Shown here one piece after another: positions 31,489 to 40,981 of a stretch of DNA of 64,000 nucleotides. Numbering within the stretch: the first letter of the stretch is position 1; each line of letters starts with the position of its first letter. Below the pieces are notes generated by a model. It searched no databases, had not been told where the DNA came from, and worked only from the letters and a program-made list of their open reading frames with translations. The stretch lies in NCBI GenBank assembly GCA_016176285.1, contig JACOXM010000001.1, positions 5,812-69,811 of the forward strand, read 5' to 3'. The stretch is from Candidatus Giovannonibacteria bacterium (lineage in GTDB: Bacteria; Patescibacteriota; Minisyncoccia; JACPKW01; UBA11713). The position numbers and the translations under genes were made by a program.

Positions 31489-31588
31489 GTTATTATTCTC
31501 CTTTTCTTAAGAACTCAAATTGTATGAATACTATTACAAGATATGGATTTGTGCAATGCATATGTGCTAAAATCTTTCTCATAAGAAT

Positions 31589-32917
31589 ATGTGGAGATCT
31601 CGCGCACTAGCGGTTATTTTTTTGCTGATTGGGCTTTTTGCGGGCTTCTATGATGCCGCCTCTTTTAATTGGAAATTTTCTTCGCTCGCGCCTAATTTTA
31701 TGAAAAAGGAATTCAGCTTAGGCCCGGATTTGCAGGGAGGGATTAGCCTCGAATATAAAGCCGATACTTCCTCGATAGCTTCTTCTGAAAGGTCAGAGGC
31801 GATGGCGGGACTGCGCGATGTAATTGAAAATCGCGTAAATCTTTTCGGAGTCTCCGAGCCGATAATCCAGGTAAAAAAAATAGGGGACGATGACCGCCTT
31901 ATTGTGGAGCTTGCCGGAGTTTTTGATATAAATAACGCTATACAAATTATTGGAGAAACTCCTTATCTCGAATTCCGCGCGCTGGATCCGGCCGTTAGTT
32001 TGGATGAGCTTACAAAAAGGCAGGCCTCGGGGGATGTTGCCAGTTATATAAATTCGTTTGTTCCGACACAGCTTACGGGAAGATTTCTCGAAAAAGCGAT
32101 ACTTAGATACGACCAGACGGCGCTTGAATCTCTAGTTGCGCTTGATTTTAATAATGAGGGACAAAAACTTTTCTCCGAAATTACGAGAAATAATATCGGG
32201 AAGCCAGTCGCGATTTTTTTGGACGGCATTCCGATATCAACCCCTGTTGTAAAAGAAGAAATCACGCAGGGCGAGGCTGTTATTACCGGTCAATTTACAA
32301 GGCAGCAGGCGCAGGCTTTGGTAAGAAATTTGAATTCTGGCGCGCTTCCTGTTCCGATCTCGCTTTTAAAGGAAGAAACTAGGGGAGCGTATCTCGGCGC
32401 AGACACGCTTTCTAAGATGGTTCGCGCTGGCGTTTATGGATTGATCGGCGTCGCTTTATTTCTTTTGCTTTTTTACAGGCTCCCCGGGGTTATCGCGGTT
32501 TTAGCGCTTTTGATTTATACCTCGTTGGCGCTCGCGATATTTAAGATCTGGCCTATATATCTGACTTCCGCCGGAATCGCGGGCTTTATCTTATCCATAG
32601 GTATGGCGGTGGATGCAAACATTTTAATATTCGAAAGAACGAAAGAAGAATTAAGGGCGGGGAAATCTTTGCCAATGGCCGTTGAGGAGGGATTTTCACG
32701 GGCGTGGTTGTCTATCCGTGATTCAAACGTATCGAGTTTGATAACTGCTTTTATACTTTTCTGGCTTGGAAGCCAGAGCGTTTCGGGTTTCGCACTAACG
32801 CTTGGTTTGGGAATTGGGTTGAGTATGATCTCCGCGATAACCATTACGCGGACTTTCTTAAGGGCGCTTGAATTAAAAGACAGTAAAACTATGAGAAAAT
32901 TATATGGGGCTAGTTAG
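31589..32917 (+). CDS. secD: Protein translocase SecD
   Basis: LG.DLQGG, RVNLFGVSEP, GALPVP, IGMAVDANILIFER. Confidence 0.95.
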   Translation: MWRSRALAVIFLLIGLFAGFYDAASFNWKFSSLAPNFMKKEFSLGPDLQGGISLEYKADTSSIASSERSEAMAGLRDVIENRVNLFGVSEPIIQVKKIGDDDRLIVELAGVFDINNAIQIIGETPYLEFRALDPAVSLDELTKRQASGDVASYINSFVPTQLTGRFLEKAILRYDQTALESLVALDFNNEGQKLFSEITRNNIGKPVAIFLDGIPISTPVVKEEITQGEAVITGQFTRQQAQALVRNLNSGALPVPISLLKEETRGAYLGADTLSKMVRAGVYGLIGVALFLLLFYRLPGVIAVLALLIYTSLALAIFKIWPIYLTSAGIAGFILSIGMAVDANILIFERTKEELRAGKSLPMAVEEGFSRAWLSIRDSNVSSLITAFILFWLGSQSVSGFALTLGLGIGLSMISAITITRTFLRALELKDSKTMRKLYGAS

Positions 32918-33800
32918 GGCTAGAAAATTTAGTTACGCGCTTTCGATTATTTTAATTTTAGCAAGCTTTGTATCCCTTTCTTTATATCGGCTGAAGCTCG
33001 GAATAGATTTTACGGGCGGATCATTGATCGAAATTCAATACGACGGCGCGCGGCCGGATATAAATTTGATTCATAATAAAATCGGGGCGCTTAATTTTGG
33101 GCAGGCAATAATACAGCCGACGGGGGACAGCGGCGTTTCCATAAAGACTCGCGAGCTTTCTACGGAAGAGCGGCAGGGGGTGATCGCGGAAGTTTCAGCG
33201 TTGGGCAGTGTTAGGGACGCGAGCGTAAATACAATCGGCCCGACCATAGGAAAGGAGCTCCGCGATCGTTCGATTTTGGCGATAATCCTGGTTTTAGTGG
33301 CGATAATTTTGTATGTATCCTGGGCGTTTAGGAAGGTATCGAAGCCGGTTTCATCCTGGTTTTACGGAATTTTCGCGGTTGTGGCGCTTTTCCACGATGT
33401 ATTTATTCCGCTCGGAGTTTTTTCACTTTTAGGAAAATTCAAAGGGGTTGAAATTGATACGCTTTTTGTGACCGCGATTTTAACGGTTTTAGGCTTCTCC
33501 GTGCACGACACGATTGTCGTTTTCGACAGAGTTCGGGAAAACTTGCGGCTTCCACATAAAGAAACTTTTGAAGAAACCGTTGGAAAATCTTTGAACCAGA
33601 CGCTGACGCGTTCTGTGAATACTTCGCTCACGGTTTTAATCGTTCTTGTAGCACTTTATTTTCTTGGGGCAGAGACCACGAAATATTTCGCGCTCACTCT
33701 TATTATTGGTATTGTCGCGGGGACATACTCCTCGATTTTTATAGCTTCGCCCCTGCTTGTGACTTGGAACAATTTCCGGGAAAAGCGAGCTTCAAGATAG
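32904..33800 (+). CDS. secF: Protein translocase SecF
   Basis: GIDFTGG, IGPTIGKEL, GFSVHDTIVVFDRVREN, GTYSSIFIA. Confidence 0.95.
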   Translation: MGLVRARKFSYALSIILILASFVSLSLYRLKLGIDFTGGSLIEIQYDGARPDINLIHNKIGALNFGQAIIQPTGDSGVSIKTRELSTEERQGVIAEVSALGSVRDASVNTIGPTIGKELRDRSILAIILVLVAIILYVSWAFRKVSKPVSSWFYGIFAVVALFHDVFIPLGVFSLLGKFKGVEIDTLFVTAILTVLGFSVHDTIVVFDRVRENLRLPHKETFEETVGKSLNQTLTRSVNTSLTVLIVLVALYFLGAETTKYFALTLIIGIVAGTYSSIFIASPLLVTWNNFREKRASR

Positions 33801-33823
33801 TCTAGTCAGCGAGTAGCGTTAAC

Positions 33824-33858
33824 GCCTCGGTCTGAAATACAGTACGACCGGGGCTTTT
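33824..33858 (+). terminator. Terminator after secF
   Basis: GCCTCGGTC...GACCGGGGC-TTTT. Confidence 0.65.
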
Positions 33859-33877
33859 AATTTTATTAAAATAAGAC

Positions 33878-33905
33878 TTGACAGGGGGAATACGTCCCCT
33901 ATAAT
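33878..33905 (+). promoter_or_regulatory. Consensus sigma70 promoter of rpoBC
   Basis: TTGACA-16 bp-TATAAT. Confidence 0.8.
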
Positions 33906-34035
33906 GGGTATACGATTGAGTTTTGGAAGAATTACACGCCCTAAATTTTAAGGCCGGGTGAAAACCCATAAATCATAAATAACCTAATATAAGAAGCGAG
34001 CCTCTTAGCGTAAGGGGTTTTTGCTTGTTAATTTT

Positions 34036-37000
34036 ATGCAAAAAAAATATTTTTCTAGCTATAGGGAATCACTCACTCCATTACCCCATCTTCCCGAGAT
34101 CCAACTGCAATCCTGGCAGTGGTTTTTGAAAGAGGGTGTGAAAGAACTCTTTAGGGAGTTTTCTCCGATAAAAGATTACGGAGGAGAGGATTTGGAATTG
34201 GAATTTTATGATTATGCCCTGGATGAGCCGAAGTATGACGAGTATCAGGCGAAAGCTCTTAACGCTTCTTTTGACGCGACTCTTCGCGTAAAGGTGCGCC
34301 TTACAAATAAGAAAACGGGGGAGATGAAGGAACAGGAAATTTTTCTAGCGGATATGCCGCTGATGACTCCCCGCGGGACTTTTATTGTGAATGGGGTGGA
34401 GAGGGTGATTGTTTCCCAGCTTGCGCGGTCTTTCGGAGTGTATTTCACGGCGAATTTTGTTCGGGGAAGAAAGTTTTTTGGGGCAAAAATTATTCCTTCT
34501 CGCGGCGCCTGGATTGAGCTTGAGTCGGATTTTGACGGCGCGATTTACGCGAGGATAGACAGGAAAAGAAAAATTCCGGCTACGTGCCTTTTGAGGATTT
34601 TTGGGCTAGGCACCAATGAAGAAATTTTGAATAAATTTAAAAAAGACGGAGGGGAGGCTGACCCATTGATAGTTAGAACGCTTGAAAAAGATTCCACAAA
34701 AAGCGCCGCGGATGCGTACATGGAAATTTATAAGCGCATCCGCCCAGGGGAACCGGCCACTGCAGAAACCGCTAAAGAACTTATTTCCGCGATGTTTTCA
34801 GAAGAAAGATATGACCTTTCCATTGTGGGTAGGTATAAATTGAACCAAAGGCTGGGGGATTCTTCCGCGCCAAACTCCAGGGTTTTGTCCGGCGACGATC
34901 TCGTAAAAATTATCCGGCATATTATTACATTAAATGCTATGCCCAACGCGGAAGCGGATGATGTGGATCATGTAGGGAATAGAAGAATACGCTCTTTAGG
35001 CGAATTGTTACAGCAAAGATTAAGAATCGGCATGACGAGGATGAAAAGAACTATCCAGGACAGAATGTCCACGCTTGACCAGACAACTTTGACGCCTGCG
35101 CATCTAATAAACGCGAGACCGTTCATGGCTATTTTGAAAGAGTTTTTCACTACAAACCAGCTTTCCCAGTTTATGAACCAGGTGAACATACTTTCGGAAC
35201 TCGAACACTTAAGGCGCCTCTCTGCGCTCGGCCCCGGCGGGCTAACGAGGGAGAGGGCGGGGTTTGAAGTGCGTGACGTGCACCCGTCCCATTACGGAAG
35301 AATTTGTCCTATTGAAACTCCCGAAGGACCGAACATCGGGCTTGTTGTGCATCTCGCAGGTTACGCCCGCGTGAATGAATATGGAATTTTAGAAACTCCG
35401 TACATGAAAGTTGAAAAGGGAGTAATTACGGGCGAAGTAAAATATATGACTGCATTCGAAGAAGCGAAATTCCATATTGCGCAGGCAAGCACAAAAGTAG
35501 ACGAGGCAGGGAAAATTCTTGTTGAAGAAACTGAAGGAAGATTAAACGGCGCTCCCGGAATTATGACGAGAGACCAGATAGATTACATGGAGGTAGCTCC
35601 CGAGCAGGCATTTTCCATCGCGACTTCATTGATTCCGTTTTTAGCCCACGATGATGCAAACCGCGCGATGATGGGTTCGAACATGCAGAGGCAGGCCGTA
35701 CCGTGCATAAGGCCGCAGGCACCTTTGGTGGCGACGGGAATCGAAGAAAGAGCCGCGAGAGATTCCGGCAGGCTTACTATTGCCGAAGAGGACGGAGTCG
35801 TAACAGGATTAGACGCTTCAAGGGTAGTAATTAAATCGAGTAAGAAAGAAACAACTTACCCGATTGTGAATTTTTTAAGATCAAACGATTTTACCGTAAT
35901 AAATCAGCGCCCGATCGTAAATCTCGGCGATGAAATTAAAAAAGGCGATGTGATAGCTGATACTTCGTCTTCTGAAAATGGAGTTTTGGCATTAGGGCAA
36001 AATCTTTTGGTGGCGTTTCTTTCCTGGGGAGGAGCGAATTATGAAGACGCCATAATTCTTTCCGAGCGCCTCGTAAAAAATGATGTTTTCAGCTCGATTC
36101 ACATCGAGGATTTTATAGTTGATGTGCGAGACACAAAACTTGGTCCGGAAATTACGACGCACGATATCCCAAATGTTTCCGAAGAAAAGTTGAAGGACTT
36201 GGATGAAGAGGGTGTAATCAGAGTTGGTGCCGAAGTAAGGGCGGGAGACATACTTGTCGGGAAAATCACTCCCAAGGGAGAGGTGGAATTAACCCCGGAA
36301 GAAAGGCTTTTGCGGGCTATTTTCGGAGAAAAAGCGAGAGATGTTAAGGATACTTCCTTAAGGCTTCCTCACGGAAAACAAGGGAGGATTGTTGGGATAA
36401 AAGTATTTTCAAGGGAGCGTGGAGATAAACTTGATACGGGCGTTATTAAGCGCGTTCAGGTTGAAGTAGCCCAGTTAAGGAAAATTTCCGTTGGGGACAA
36501 GCTTGCGGGAAGGCACGGGAACAAGGGAGTTATTTCAAAAATTCTTCCCGTGGAAGAGATGCCTTATCTCGAAGACGGAACGCCCGTGGATATAATTTTA
36601 AATCCTCTCGGTGTTGCTTCCCGAATGAATATAGGGCAGATTTTGGAAACTCACTTGGGCTGGGCGGCAAAAAATCTTGGGTACCAGGCGATAACTCCGG
36701 CATTGAATGGAGCAACGGAAGAAGAAATAAAAGAAGAGTTAAAAAAGGCTGGCCTTCCGGAGCATGGAAAGGTAAAGCTTTATGATGGAAGAACCGGAGA
36801 CACTTTTGACCAGGAGGTAACGGTGGGAATGATTTATATGATGAAGCTTATTCATATGGTGGAGGATAAAATCCACATGCGTTCTATCGGACCTTACTCG
36901 CTTATTACTCAGCAGCCGCTTGGAGGCAAGGCGCAGGGAGGAGGGCAGAGGTTTGGGGAAATGGAAGTATGGGCGCTTGAAGGTTATGGCGCGGCGCATA

Positions 37001-37236
37001 CTTTGCAGGAAATGCTTACAATAAAATCCGACGACGTTTTAGGGCGTGCGGCGGCTTACGATGCGATTGTCCGTGGAGAAAAATTCAAAAATCCCAACCT
37101 TCCGGCATCATTTCACGTCTTGATAAATGAACTTAAGGCTCTCGGTCTCGATGTGGACCTGAAGGGAGCAAAAGAAGAAATAGAAAAAAGCCAAAAGGCC
37201 GAACGGGGCAAGGACGACATAGTAATAAGAATTTAA
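34036..37236 (+). CDS. rpoB: RNA polymerase beta subunit
   Basis: GTFIVNGVERV, RRLSALGPGG, ETPEGPNIG, GSNMQRQA, GDKLAGRHGNKG, GQRFGEME; ATG at 34036. Confidence 0.98.
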   Translation: MQKKYFSSYRESLTPLPHLPEIQLQSWQWFLKEGVKELFREFSPIKDYGGEDLELEFYDYALDEPKYDEYQAKALNASFDATLRVKVRLTNKKTGEMKEQEIFLADMPLMTPRGTFIVNGVERVIVSQLARSFGVYFTANFVRGRKFFGAKIIPSRGAWIELESDFDGAIYARIDRKRKIPATCLLRIFGLGTNEEILNKFKKDGGEADPLIVRTLEKDSTKSAADAYMEIYKRIRPGEPATAETAKELISAMFSEERYDLSIVGRYKLNQRLGDSSAPNSRVLSGDDLVKIIRHIITLNAMPNAEADDVDHVGNRRIRSLGELLQQRLRIGMTRMKRTIQDRMSTLDQTTLTPAHLINARPFMAILKEFFTTNQLSQFMNQVNILSELEHLRRLSALGPGGLTRERAGFEVRDVHPSHYGRICPIETPEGPNIGLVVHLAGYARVNEYGILETPYMKVEKGVITGEVKYMTAFEEAKFHIAQASTKVDEAGKILVEETEGRLNGAPGIMTRDQIDYMEVAPEQAFSIATSLIPFLAHDDANRAMMGSNMQRQAVPCIRPQAPLVATGIEERAARDSGRLTIAEEDGVVTGLDASRVVIKSSKKETTYPIVNFLRSNDFTVINQRPIVNLGDEIKKGDVIADTSSSENGVLALGQNLLVAFLSWGGANYEDAIILSERLVKNDVFSSIHIEDFIVDVRDTKLGPEITTHDIPNVSEEKLKDLDEEGVIRVGAEVRAGDILVGKITPKGEVELTPEERLLRAIFGEKARDVKDTSLRLPHGKQGRIVGIKVFSRERGDKLDTGVIKRVQVEVAQLRKISVGDKLAGRHGNKGVISKILPVEEMPYLEDGTPVDIILNPLGVASRMNIGQILETHLGWAAKNLGYQAITPALNGATEEEIKEELKKAGLPEHGKVKLYDGRTGDTFDQEVTVGMIYMMKLIHMVEDKIHMRSIGPYSLITQQPLGGKAQGGGQRFGEMEVWALEGYGAAHTLQEMLTIKSDDVLGRAAAYDAIVRGEKFKNPNLPASFHVLINELKALGLDVDLKGAKEEIEKSQKAERGKDDIVIRI

Positions 37237-37240
37237 GAAT

Positions 37241-40200
37241 ATGGAAACAAAAGTAACAGATTTTAAATCGATTTCGATAAGGCTCGCTTCCCCCGAGAAA
37301 ATTTTGGCATGGTCCAGGGGGGAGGTAACTAAACCCGAGACTATAAATTACAGAACGCAAAGAGCGGAAAAGGACGGGCTTTTTGACGAGCGCATCTTCG
37401 GCCCGGAAAAAGATTACGAATGCTATTGCGGAAAATACAGGCGCATACGCTACAAGGGAATAGTTTGTGACAAGTGCGGAGTGGAAGTGACAAGATCCAT
37501 CGTAAGAAGGGAAAGGATGGGGCATATTAAACTTGCTTCGCCAGTTTCGCATATTTGGTTTTTGCGAGGAGTTCCATCGAGAGTGGGATTGGTTTTGGAT
37601 TTGTCTATTCCAGAGCTCGAGCGCGTAATATATTTTGCGGGATACATCATAACGAAGGTTGATGATAAAGCGAAAGAAGAAGCTTTGAGAGAGCTCGAAA
37701 GAGAATTTAAATCAAAGACCAAAAAATCGGAGATGAAGGAAAAAGACAAGTCCGGCTTGAAAGAAGCTTGGGATGCGGCAAAGAAAGAGCTCGACAGTAT
37801 AAGGCTGAGAAGGGTTTTATCGGAGGTGGAATATCACCGTCTGTCGCTCCGCTGGGGAGAGGTTTTTGAAGCGGGGATAGGAGCTGAAGCTTTGTATAAA
37901 ATTTGTAAAGACGTAAATATTACCGGACTTCGAAAAGAATTAGAGAAACTTGTGGATGAAACTGAAAATCCTCTCGCGAAGAAAAAAGTTACAAAAAGGC
38001 TTTCTCTTGTAAAATCCATAGAACGATCCGGTATTAGGCCGGAGTGGATGTTTTTAACCGTGATTCCGGTTTCGCCTCCGGCGCTGCGCCCAATGGTTCA
38101 GCTGGAGGGAGGAAGGCATGCCACATCCGATGTGAATGACCTTTATCGCAGAGTGATCAACAGAAATAACCGCCTTAAAAAACTTTTAGAGCTGAAGGCG
38201 CCGGAAGTAATCGTCAGAAATGAAAAAAGAATGCTGCAGGAAGCTGTGGATGCTCTTTTGGATAATTCGATCAGGCGCGGAATGGGTGCGGCAACTTCGC
38301 AGGCGCAAAAACGCCCACTGCGTTCGCTTGCTGATATGTTGAAGGGAAAACAGGGTAGGTTCAGACAAAACCTTTTAGGCAAGCGAGTCGATTATTCGGG
38401 ACGTTCGGTTATTGTAGTAGGCCCGGAATTAAAATTAAATCAGTGCGGACTTCCGAAGCATATGGCTTTGGAGCTCTTCCGTCCGTTTGTAATAAATAAG
38501 TTGATACAGGGCGGACTCGCGCATAATATCCGCTCTGCAAACAGATTGATTGACGAAGCTACCCCCGACGTTTGGGCAATTTTGGAAGATGTTATTAAGG
38601 GAAGATATGTTTTATTAAACCGCGCGCCGACACTTCACAGACTTGGGATTCAGGCATTCCAACCTGTGTTAATCGAAGGAAACGCAATCCAGATCCATCC
38701 TCTAGTTTGTTCCGCTTTTAATGCGGATTTTGATGGCGACCAAATGGCGGTTCACGTTCCGTTAACCGAAGAAGCGCAAAAGGAAGCCGCGGAAATAATG
38801 GCCGCTACTAGGAATCTATTAAAGCCTGGCACTTCCGACCCGACTGTCACTCCTTCGCAGGATATGGTCATCGGATGTTACTGGCTTACTAAGTTAAGAA
38901 ACAACGCTGTGGGCGAGGGAAAAATTTTTTCCAACCCCAATGAGGCAATTCTGGCATATGACAACGGCATCCTTGATTTGAAGGCAAAAGTTAAAGTTAA
39001 ATCCACCCCTACGCCTAAATATAAAAAATTCGAAGGTGGAATATTTGAGACAAGCGTGGGAAGGCTTTTATTCAACTCGGTTCTCCCGGAAGACTTCGAG
39101 TTTATGAATGAGGATATTAAAAAGAAAACACTCGAAAAAATTGTGTCGAAATTGATTGTCAGTTACGGGATGGAAAAAGTCGCTCCTATTTTGGACAAGA
39201 TAAAAGCTTTTGGATACCGCTATGCGACTGTTTCTGGTATTTCCTGGGGAATGGACGACTTAAAAGTCCCTGCCCAAAAAGAGGGTATCGTGAAAGAAGC
39301 TGAAGCGGAAGCCAAGAAAGTTGAGGAACAATATGAAGAGGGTCTTTTAACGGACGAAGAAAGATATGACAAGGTTATCGCGATTTGGGCGGAGGTAAAA
39401 AGAAAGGTAGACGAGCTCGTCCCGAAACTTTTGAGCGAGGAGGGCCCCATCCATTTGATGGTTTCATCCGCTGCCAGAGGCACGTGGACGCAGGTGACGC
39501 AGATGACGGGCATGAAGGGGCTTGTAAGGAACCCTGCGGGACGCACGATTGAGCTCCCGATTTTATCTTCATACAAAGAAGGATTGAATGCGCTCCAATA
39601 CTTTATTTCCACGCACGGCGCGAGAAAGGGAACGGCGGATACAGCGCTAAAAACCGCTCATGCCGGATATTTGACAAGAAGGCTCGTTGACGTGGCGCAG
39701 GAATTAATAATCAGAGAGGACGATTGCAAGGATACTGTCGGATTCAAAATAGTAAGAAAAGAAGTTGAGCAATATGGAAAATCATTCGGTGCGAGAATTT
39801 ATGGAAGAGTTTTGGCGCAAGACGTTAAGGGCGAAGGCGGAAAAGTTATTTTCAAAAAAGGGCAACTCTTGAGCCACGAAGACACGGCCGTTATCGATAG
39901 TTCCGGAGTTGATTATGTCATTATCCGTTCCCCGATTTCCTGCAAAACTTTGCGTGGAATATGCAAAATGTGCTACGGACACGACCTTGGGACGGGGGCC
40001 TTGGTTAGGGAAGGAGAAGCCGTTGGTATTGTTGCTGCGCAAGCAATTGGAGAGCCAGGAACACAGCTTACGATGCGTACGTTCCATGTGGGAGGTGTTG
40101 CTGGGGCATCTGACATTACGATGGGTCTTCCCAGAATCGAAGAAATTTTTGAATTAAGGGCCCCAAAAAATGTGGCCACTCTTTCGGATATTGATGGAAC

Positions 40201-40891
40201 CGTTATTGAAATAGGAGATAAGGGAAGAGAAAGAATTGTTAAAGTTTTAATTAATGAGAATGGCAAGAAATCAAAAGAAGAAATAAAGGAATTTGTAATT
40301 CCTTTCGGGCGAACTCTTCTAGTTTCCGAGGGAAAAGAAATTAAAAAAGGCGAACCTCTTTGCGAGGGGCCGATTGATATAAAAGAATTATTCCAGCTAT
40401 CCGGAGCGCTCGTCGGGCAAAATTACGTAATTGCTGAAGTCGGTAGAATTTACTCTCTGCAGGGAGCTTCTATAAACGATAAGCACGTTGAAGTTATCGT
40501 GAGCCAGATGTTTTCAAGGTTAAGAATTAAAGATTCCGGAGACACGAGGTTTGCGGTCGGCGATGTGGTTGAAAGGGGAGAATTTCTTGAAGAAAACGCG
40601 AGGGTTTCTCCAAAGGGGAAGACCGCGGAGGGCGGAGGGATTGTGATGGGAATTACCAAAACAGCACTTTCCACCTCCAGCTTCTTGGCCGCGGCTTCTT
40701 TCCAGGAAACTACGCGCGTGCTTATAACTTCGTCGCTTGAATCAAAAGAAGACAAACTTCACGGACTTAAAGAAAATGTCATCATTGGTAGACTAATCCC
40801 AGCTGGAACCGGATACAGAAAAGATTATGAAGTGCGGGAGGATGAATCGCTGGAGGAAGAAACCGAGGAAGTCAGGAGCAAGGGCAAATAA
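37241..40891 (+). CDS. rpoC: RNA polymerase beta' subunit
   Basis: CYCGKY..CDKC, GKRVDYSGR, NADFDGDQM, GARKG, QLTMRTFH. Confidence 0.98.
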   Translation: METKVTDFKSISIRLASPEKILAWSRGEVTKPETINYRTQRAEKDGLFDERIFGPEKDYECYCGKYRRIRYKGIVCDKCGVEVTRSIVRRERMGHIKLASPVSHIWFLRGVPSRVGLVLDLSIPELERVIYFAGYIITKVDDKAKEEALRELEREFKSKTKKSEMKEKDKSGLKEAWDAAKKELDSIRLRRVLSEVEYHRLSLRWGEVFEAGIGAEALYKICKDVNITGLRKELEKLVDETENPLAKKKVTKRLSLVKSIERSGIRPEWMFLTVIPVSPPALRPMVQLEGGRHATSDVNDLYRRVINRNNRLKKLLELKAPEVIVRNEKRMLQEAVDALLDNSIRRGMGAATSQAQKRPLRSLADMLKGKQGRFRQNLLGKRVDYSGRSVIVVGPELKLNQCGLPKHMALELFRPFVINKLIQGGLAHNIRSANRLIDEATPDVWAILEDVIKGRYVLLNRAPTLHRLGIQAFQPVLIEGNAIQIHPLVCSAFNADFDGDQMAVHVPLTEEAQKEAAEIMAATRNLLKPGTSDPTVTPSQDMVIGCYWLTKLRNNAVGEGKIFSNPNEAILAYDNGILDLKAKVKVKSTPTPKYKKFEGGIFETSVGRLLFNSVLPEDFEFMNEDIKKKTLEKIVSKLIVSYGMEKVAPILDKIKAFGYRYATVSGISWGMDDLKVPAQKEGIVKEAEAEAKKVEEQYEEGLLTDEERYDKVIAIWAEVKRKVDELVPKLLSEEGPIHLMVSSAARGTWTQVTQMTGMKGLVRNPAGRTIELPILSSYKEGLNALQYFISTHGARKGTADTALKTAHAGYLTRRLVDVAQELIIREDDCKDTVGFKIVRKEVEQYGKSFGARIYGRVLAQDVKGEGGKVIFKKGQLLSHEDTAVIDSSGVDYVIIRSPISCKTLRGICKMCYGHDLGTGALVREGEAVGIVAAQAIGEPGTQLTMRTFHVGGVAGASDITMGLPRIEEIFELRAPKNVATLSDIDGTVIEIGDKGRERIVKVLINENGKKSKEEIKEFVIPFGRTLLVSEGKEIKKGEPLCEGPIDIKELFQLSGALVGQNYVIAEVGRIYSLQGASINDKHVEVIVSQMFSRLRIKDSGDTRFAVGDVVERGEFLEENARVSPKGKTAEGGGIVMGITKTALSTSSFLAAASFQETTRVLITSSLESKEDKLHGLKENVIIGRLIPAGTGYRKDYEVREDESLEEETEEVRSKGK

Positions 40892-40903
40892 AACGGCAGA
40901 TTT

Positions 40904-40938
40904 AAATCAAAAACCCCTCGACGAGGGGTTTTTGATTT
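40904..40938 (+). terminator. rpoBC terminator
   Basis: Perfect 17-bp inverted repeat AAATCAAAAACCCCTCG-A-CGAGGGGTTTTTGATTT. Confidence 0.85.
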
Positions 40939-40981
40939 TGTATACTTTAATGGTATTCCTATAAACTTTTTTGGAAATTTG

